DNA from: Planctopirus limnophila DSM 3776
GTDB lineage: Bacteria > Planctomycetota > Planctomycetia > Planctomycetales > Planctomycetaceae
Length of the DNA: 32,000 nucleotides
Assembly (NCBI RefSeq): GCF_000092105.1
Contig: NC_014148.1
Location: forward strand, 60,001 to 92,000
Reading direction: 5' to 3'
Shown here: piece after piece, positions 26,633 to 32,000 of the stretch
Layout: each line of letters opens with the position of its first letter
Position numbering within the stretch: the first letter of the stretch is position 1
The notes under the pieces: generated by a model
Database searches by the model: none
What the model was told of the DNA's origin: nothing
What the model saw: only the letters and a program-made list of their open reading frames with translations
Made by a program: the position numbers and the translations under genes

Positions 26633-28777
26633 TCAGCCGACATTCACTGGGTTTCCACCTTCGCTGCTGCCATCGCTCTCGCCCGGTCGATAAGGGGCAA
26701 CCGCAGGAGTGGGCAAAGATGTCGGGTTCGGCGAAATCTGTGCAGACGTTCCCGGCATAATCTGTGGCCCGGTCTGGTATTGAGAAAGGATCTGCTGCAG
26801 TTTTTCTGCATCCATCACCTCGATCTCCAGCAGCTCTCTCGTGAGGTGATCCATCGCTGCCCGACGAGTCACGAGAATCTCGTGAGCTGTCTCATAGGCC
26901 GCATCGATGATGCGCCTGACTTCGAGATCGATCTCCCGAATGGTTTCTTCACTGTGAGCACTCTCAGAAACAGTGGCGGCATTCGCGAGAAAAGCCGAGC
27001 GGGATGTATCGCTGTAATGCACGCGTCCCAGTTTGGGGCTCATGCCAAACTCAGTCACCATGCGGCGGGCAAGATCAGTCGCCCGCTGCAGATCATTGGA
27101 ACCCCCTGTGGAGTTCTCGTTGAATACGATGTCTTCAGCAGCAATACCACCCAGTAATACACAGATCCGGTTCTGAAGTTCGGTCTTGGTAATCAACTGG
27201 CGGTCTTCTTCCGGCCTTTGGAGTGTGTACCCCAGAGCTCCCAGACCACGGGGAATGATCGAGACTTTATGGACGGGATCAACATGCGGCAGCGAACAGG
27301 CAACCAGTGCATGGCCGATTTCATGCCACGCCACGCGATTCTTCTCTTCCTCGGGCATGATCCGGGTCGATTTTTCCAACCCCGCCACAATCCGCTCGAC
27401 AGCCTCTTCAAACTCAATATTGGTCACTTTGGGTTTATTGGCGCGTGCCGCCAGAAGTGCGGCTTCATTGACCAGGTTCGCCAGGTCGGCACCAACAAAA
27501 CCAGGAGTTAGTCGTGCCAGGTATTTCAGGTTGACGTGATCGTCAACTTTGACCTTGCTGGCATGCACTTTAAGTATCGCTTCACGCCCTTTGACATCGG
27601 GCCGATCCACCAGCACATGGCGGTCAAATCGACCAGGTCGCATTAAGGCGGGGTCCAGCGTTTCTGGTCGATTGGTGGCACCCATGACGATCACACTCTG
27701 ATCGGAGGAAAAACCATCCATCTCAACCAGCAGTGCATTCAGTGTCTGCTCGCGCTCGTCGTGTCCGCCGGGCATGCCACTTCCGCGAACTTTGCCGAGC
27801 GCATCCAGTTCATCGATAAAGATAATCGCTGGCGATCTTTCACCAGCCTGCTGGAACATGTCGCGAACTCGGGCGGCTCCCACACCGACAAACATTTCGA
27901 CAAAGTCAGAACCTGACAATCCGTAAAATGGAACACCTGCTTCACCCGCTACGGCTTTTGCCAGCAAGGTTTTACCCGTCCCCGGCGGCCCAACGAGCAG
28001 AACTCCGCGAGGAATGCGGCCACCCAGAGCCTGGTACTTCTCGGGTGTCTTCAGAAACTCGACGACTTCACGCAGTTCTTCAACGGCTTCATCGATCCCT
28101 GCCACATCCTGAAAGGTGACTCCAATCTCTTCCTGAGCGTAAAGCTTACCCCGGCTCCGGCCAAAGGACATCGCAGCCCCGGGGCCTGCCATTTTCCGGA
28201 AGACATACAAAAAGACTGCCAGCAGAATCAGGGGAACTCCCAGATAATAGAGCATCATCTGCCATTCGGGGGGCTCGGCACTGAAGCCGTAGTTGATGCC
28301 GTTTTTATCCAGCAATTCAATAATGCTGGTCTGGGCACCATCTCGCATCCCAACGACCGGCACCACAAAGTAAGCCGGAGTCACCCGCTTCGACGAGGTC
28401 GCTTCACGACCTTTGTTGCCGGGCTGATCCTGATAGCGAATCGATGTCGGCCCAATTTCCACTTCGAAGACATTCGTGGCAGTCAACGAGCCTTGTTTCA
28501 ATCGCTGTTTGAAGTCGCTGAATTCGACGGTGGTGCGTTTACCACTGCCACCCAGTGTGAAGACACCAATCGAAATGACAATGGCGATCAGCAGATACCA
28601 GACCAGGTTGGAAGAGCCTGGTTTTTCAGCTTTTCGCTTTGTGCCAAGAGGTTTCGCTGGCTCGGTCTTCACAGGATCCGGCTTTACGGGTTCTGATTTC
28701 ACGATCTCTGACTTCACTGGCGCTGGCGTCGTTGAAGACTGAGTGGGCTGGTTCTCGGAGGATTCTAGTTCCGTCAT
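26633..28777 (-). CDS. ftsH: ATP-dependent zinc metalloprotease FtsH
   Basis: 714-aa ORF. Walker [23 protein letters not shown], Walker [10 protein letters not shown], second region of homology [20 protein letters not shown], and zinc site HEIGHAL. Two TM helices. The N-terminal extension carries VK(S/T)EP-like repeats. Confidence 0.97.
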   Translation of the reverse strand: MTELESSENQPTQSSTTPAPVKSEIVKSEPVKPDPVKTEPAKPLGTKRKAEKPGSSNLVWYLLIAIVISIGVFTLGGSGKRTTVEFSDFKQRLKQGSLTATNVFEVEIGPTSIRYQDQPGNKGREATSSKRVTPAYFVVPVVGMRDGAQTSIIELLDKNGINYGFSAEPPEWQMMLYYLGVPLILLAVFLYVFRKMAGPGAAMSFGRSRGKLYAQEEIGVTFQDVAGIDEAVEELREVVEFLKTPEKYQALGGRIPRGVLLVGPPGTGKTLLAKAVAGEAGVPFYGLSGSDFVEMFVGVGAARVRDMFQQAGERSPAIIFIDELDALGKVRGSGMPGGHDEREQTLNALLVEMDGFSSDQSVIVMGATNRPETLDPALMRPGRFDRHVLVDRPDVKGREAILKVHASKVKVDDHVNLKYLARLTPGFVGADLANLVNEAALLAARANKPKVTNIEFEEAVERIVAGLEKSTRIMPEEEKNRVAWHEIGHALVACSLPHVDPVHKVSIIPRGLGALGYTLQRPEEDRQLITKTELQNRICVLLGGIAAEDIVFNENSTGGSNDLQRATDLARRMVTEFGMSPKLGRVHYSDTSRSAFLANAATVSESAHSEETIREIDLEVRRIIDAAYETAHEILVTRRAAMDHLTRELLEIEVMDAEKLQQILSQYQTGPQIMPGTSAQISPNPTSLPTPAVAPYRPGESDGSSEGGNPVNVG

Positions 28778-29057
28778 ATCGCTCGAGTACTTTCCGCACA
28801 GGTCTGGACAACGGGTCTAGTCAACGGGAACTCCTGGACAACAGGAATCCGGTTGAACGATATTGATTGAGTTCTTCACGACATTGAAAGTTTATGAACT
28901 AACCACCAGCCATTTCAGCAGGATGGCAACCATAAACTCGCTCTATGAACTTTAGGGTGCAGCCTGCCAAGGGTCAAACCGAGTCCTTGATTTCGCGTCC
29001 TGTGGAGAAATTGCGGGAAGCTTCAAAAATTCTGCCCAAAGCTAACTCGAATCGAGC

Positions 29058-30866
29058 TTAGCACCCGAACCAGTGGCCCAGGCTCGACAGATTCATCAGC
29101 CAGAGGGCAGGGGCTGCTCCAGCCGCTGGATCGGGTGGCGGGAGTGCATCGACGACGGCTTTGATGGCAGTCACAAAGAAGACACCAAAGGCGATACCTT
29201 CCAGCAAAGCTCCACCCAGGAAGGCGGTCAAACCAAACTTGGTTTCTTCGGGCTCTTTGTTGTAGAGGAGGATCGCACCAATCAACGGAAAGAAAATCAT
29301 CAAGAGGCCAATCGCCATACTGGCCCGGAAGGCAGGGGCCAGCATCACACACCAGCCAATAAAGCTGGCCAGGGCAAAACCAGAGGCAGCCCCAAACGCC
29401 ATAGTGGGCAACATAGGAAATGGCAGGTCTGCGAATGAAGAAGTGACGAGGCCGCCGACAGCTCCCAGAATGCCGCAGACCATAACAACGGCCACCGCAT
29501 CGACCACACCCTTCGGCTTGGCGACCTCGTCTTCATCGGTCTTTTCTTTAGCAACATACTTGTACTCTTTGGCCCGGCCAATGAGCCCCAATCGATTCTT
29601 GTTGAAGTAAGCAAACTGACCATTGGTCCGCATGTTAAACACGGCAGTCCAACTCGCACTCAAACAGGCCAGTACCCAGAAGACGGAAGGAAGGATCAAT
29701 GAGAAATAGTTCGGTGGCTTGATCTCTTCTTTCGACTTGGCTTCGAACGGATTGGCCGGAGCCACACCACCCGGTTTATCAGCCTTGATCGGATTGTTTT
29801 CGACCTGCCACTTGGCGTAGACAATCTGGCCGTTGTTATCCATCGTTTTCGCCAGATCGACCAGTGGTTCAGCCGACAGCCCGATGATCAATCCGAGAAA
29901 GATCATCGGGAGGAGATTCGTGAGCAGGAACATCCCTGTCCACGTCCACGAAGCTTTAATTGTCTTGAAGTAACCTGGCAAGAGCTTCCAGAACATCCAC
30001 CCGGGATAAGAGACCGGCATCGACATGTGAGACATGACGGCTGGCAATAGCGAGGCAATAGGAATCTGCCATGCGAGAAAATAGGCGATTTTAACAGAGA
30101 GCGGTAAACCCTCCATCGGCACAATCACAAACCACCCCAACAGGTAAGGAACCGCCAGCAAAGGGAGTGCAAAAGCCAGTTGCCAGGCCACGGCCTGCAA
30201 GCCTAAGGAACTGCACAAAAAGAAGTCGAAGTTGATGCGCGGCAGCTTATCTTTCCGCTCCATCGTCGCCTTGATGATTTCGGTATCCAGAAACCAGAAC
30301 CATCCCGGAATGGCCATGACCGAAACGACGGCAATCAATCCCCAGAAGTATCGAGGGGGTGGCGAAGAAACCCAGAGCAGCATGAAGGCGCTGCCAAACA
30401 TGATGGTCGACGAAACCAGCAGGTACATCATCGTCCGGAAGGCAAACAGCTTGTATTTGAGCGCAAACTTCCAGCTCTCCGACCAGAGATTTTCGTAAAA
30501 TTTGTCCGGGTCTGGCCCTTTCATCTGCTTCTTGCGAGCCGTTTCTCCCAAACCACCGGTTGCCAGATCGATCCCACAATTCGGGCATTCGGTCGCTTCA
30601 GGATCAACTTCTGTCCCGCATTTGCGACAGATGCTGGCTCCGGAATCTTCCAGATCACTCAAATCGAGATTGGCCAGTCCGTCCTCGCCGGAAGCCGATT
30701 TTGACGACTTGGCAGATGCTCCCTTTTTGCTGGCTGTGGCTTTCGAATCGCCCGCGGGGACAGGAATCTTCGATTCACAGTCGGGGCAGCGAATCGCCTT
30801 GCCACGGGCCGCATCCGGTGCCGTGACGACTGTCCCACAAGCCTTGCAACGAACTTTCAGCGGCAT
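29058..30866 (-). CDS. double zinc-ribbon, polytopic membrane protein of unknown function
   Basis: 602-aa ORF. Two CxxC...CxxC ribbons (CKACGTVVTAP...CPDC and CRKCGTEVDPEATECPNCG) are separated by a Ser/Lys/Ala-rich linker. About ten hydrophobic segments follow, judged by eye. I recognise no catalytic motif. Confidence 0.7.
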   Translation of the reverse strand: MPLKVRCKACGTVVTAPDAARGKAIRCPDCESKIPVPAGDSKATASKKGASAKSSKSASGEDGLANLDLSDLEDSGASICRKCGTEVDPEATECPNCGIDLATGGLGETARKKQMKGPDPDKFYENLWSESWKFALKYKLFAFRTMMYLLVSSTIMFGSAFMLLWVSSPPPRYFWGLIAVVSVMAIPGWFWFLDTEIIKATMERKDKLPRINFDFFLCSSLGLQAVAWQLAFALPLLAVPYLLGWFVIVPMEGLPLSVKIAYFLAWQIPIASLLPAVMSHMSMPVSYPGWMFWKLLPGYFKTIKASWTWTGMFLLTNLLPMIFLGLIIGLSAEPLVDLAKTMDNNGQIVYAKWQVENNPIKADKPGGVAPANPFEAKSKEEIKPPNYFSLILPSVFWVLACLSASWTAVFNMRTNGQFAYFNKNRLGLIGRAKEYKYVAKEKTDEDEVAKPKGVVDAVAVVMVCGILGAVGGLVTSSFADLPFPMLPTMAFGAASGFALASFIGWCVMLAPAFRASMAIGLLMIFFPLIGAILLYNKEPEETKFGLTAFLGGALLEGIAFGVFFVTAIKAVVDALPPPDPAAGAAPALWLMNLSSLGHWFGC

Positions 30867-31166
30867 AAGGTGCTAATCCCTGCAGTACGAATCTCTGCAA
30901 TAAAGCTGTTGAGCCCGACGCAAGTCATGCTCGTTGAATACCGGGTGATCAGCGGGTGGTAATCAAAGAGTGGAATCACGACGGGATTGGAATTCGAGAT
31001 TTTGACAATCGAAGTGGGTTCTCATGTGCCAGCAGAGCTTTGTTCACAAGACAACCTTGATTCGAATCTAACGTCTTTCCTGAGGCATTTCATCAGTCTT
31101 CATGATCTGAGGCCCAAAAGAGTGATTCATGGCATGAATACAGACCACTCTCTGAACCGTCTGAAC

Positions 31167-32000
31167 TTATTTTTTCCCCTCGTCTGCCGGGCTGAGTTTG
31201 GATTTCGGAGCATTCGACAATGTGGGCGCAACGGGTTCAATTGGTGAAGAGGCTTTCTCTATGGGGACGGCCCAGGCGGGAACTTCTCCGAGGCGAATTC
31301 CCATTTGCGGGATCAGCAGCACCCAGGTGGCTGCTGTACACAAAACAATCCCCATGAGATTCAACCAGAGGCCATATTTGAGCATCTGACCAATCGGAAT
31401 CCGCCCGGTTCCAAAAGCGATCGCATTGGGCGGAGTCCCGGCTGGCAGCATGAAGCCGCAGCTTGTGGCAATCGTGGCAGGGATCATGACCAGCCTCGGA
31501 TCGAGTCCCAAAGCAATCGCAGCTCCAGCAAAGACCGGCAAAACAGCATTCACCGTAGCCACATTGCTGGTGAATTCCGTGAGGAAGATCATCAGCGCAC
31601 AGATACCCAACACAGTAACAACCGGTGACTGGCCAATGAAAAAGTAGGCAAACAGGTCGCCACTCCAGCGGGAAAGACCAGTAATCCGAAAGCCTTCGGC
31701 AATGGCAAATCCACCGCCGAACAACAGCAGAATGCCCCATGGCAATCGATTGGCTGTGGGCCAGTCCATCAGACGTGGCGAACCTCGCTTCACATCCTGC
31801 TCACCCGCCGGGACGACAAACAGCAGTACCGCAAAAAGTAGACCCACAGTGGAATCATTGATCCAGTCTTTGTGAGAACTGGCTGGCTTAGCGTCAGCGG
31901 TCAGCCAGCTGAGAAAAGCTTCGGCCTGTCCTCCCCAGCCGGGAATGATCAGGTTAGACGAAAGAGGAAGATCAGTTCTTGTTAGCCAGAGGATCGCTGT
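31167..32000 (-). CDS. DASS/SLC13 family anion:sodium symporter (N-terminus beyond the window edge)
   Basis: The track gives 31167..31847 with a GTG start. My hand translation shows the frame stays open from 31848 to 32000 (...TAILWLTRTDLPLSSNLIIPGWGGQAEAFLSWLTADAKPASSHKDWINDSTVGLLFAV...). DASS motifs: LPWGILLLFGGGFAIAEG, TEFTSNVATVNA, MLPAGTPPNAIAFGTG. Confidence 0.8.
   Translation of the reverse strand, partial: TAILWLTRTDLPLSSNLIIPGWGGQAEAFLSWLTADAKPASSHKDWINDSTVGLLFAVLLFVVPAGEQDVKRGSPRLMDWPTANRLPWGILLLFGGGFAIAEGFRITGLSRWSGDLFAYFFIGQSPVVTVLGICALMIFLTEFTSNVATVNAVLPVFAGAAIALGLDPRLVMIPATIATSCGFMLPAGTPPNAIAFGTGRIPIGQMLKYGLWLNLMGIVLCTAATWVLLIPQMGIRLGEVPAWAVPIEKASSPIEPVAPTLSNAPKSKLSPADEGKK

Noticed and set aside
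30987-31247. An 86-aa TTG-initiated plus-strand ORF between the Zn-ribbon gene and the DASS permease.
   Set aside because: It overlaps the 3' end of the DASS gene in antisense and has a non-canonical start and no motif.
1-32000. A window-wide scan for CRISPR arrays, IS or transposase genes, integrases, phage genes, toxin-antitoxin pairs or defence-type nucleases and ATPases.
   Set aside because: None was seen. There are no regularly spaced repeats and no terminal inverted repeats flanking a gene. By eye there is no compositional break, and the only AAA+ ATPase is FtsH. The window looks like core chromosome.

Overview
The window reads as an ordinary, mostly housekeeping chromosomal region, moderately GC-rich by eye. 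I support 27 protein-coding genes, including two not in the ORF track as supplied: one absent and one only as a truncated fragment, because both run off the window edges. I found no rRNA, tRNA, CRISPR array, transposase, integrase or phage gene. The gene content suggests a member of the Planctomycetota, but this is inference only. Supporting features are a tandem DUF1080 secreted protein, Pro-rich and Zn-ribbon membrane proteins, a Cys-less FmdB-like protein, MMPL transporters and a PPi-type phosphofructokinase.

Recognisable genes, in order:
- Partial SAM methyltransferase, tandem-DUF1080 protein, aroB, an RND/MMPL transporter and dprA.
- A TPM-domain protein, a vWA membrane protein, trpG/pabA, a ybcJ-like S4 protein and HU.
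- An FHA protein, rsmD, an FmdB-like protein, an orphan ABC-2 permease and a DUF2752 protein.
- larB, PPi-PFK, accC, accB, an M24 Xaa-Pro peptidase, a second MMPL transporter and ftsH.
- A double-Zn-ribbon polytopic membrane protein and a partial DASS/SLC13 permease.

Every gene from 15501 to the window end lies on the minus strand.

I see no convincing novel multi-gene system such as a defence or mobile module. The leads most worth a second look are:
1. A reading-frame conflict just downstream of larB: a stop/start-coupled 76-aa two-TM ORF against a His-rich N-terminus on the DUF2752 protein.
2. An uncharacterised double-Zn-ribbon membrane protein upstream of ftsH.
3. A 26-bp-stem palindrome between convergent genes.
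4. An unusually long accB-accC spacer.
5. Several short direct repeats in intergenic leaders.

All functional calls come from motif recognition by eye. No database search was possible.
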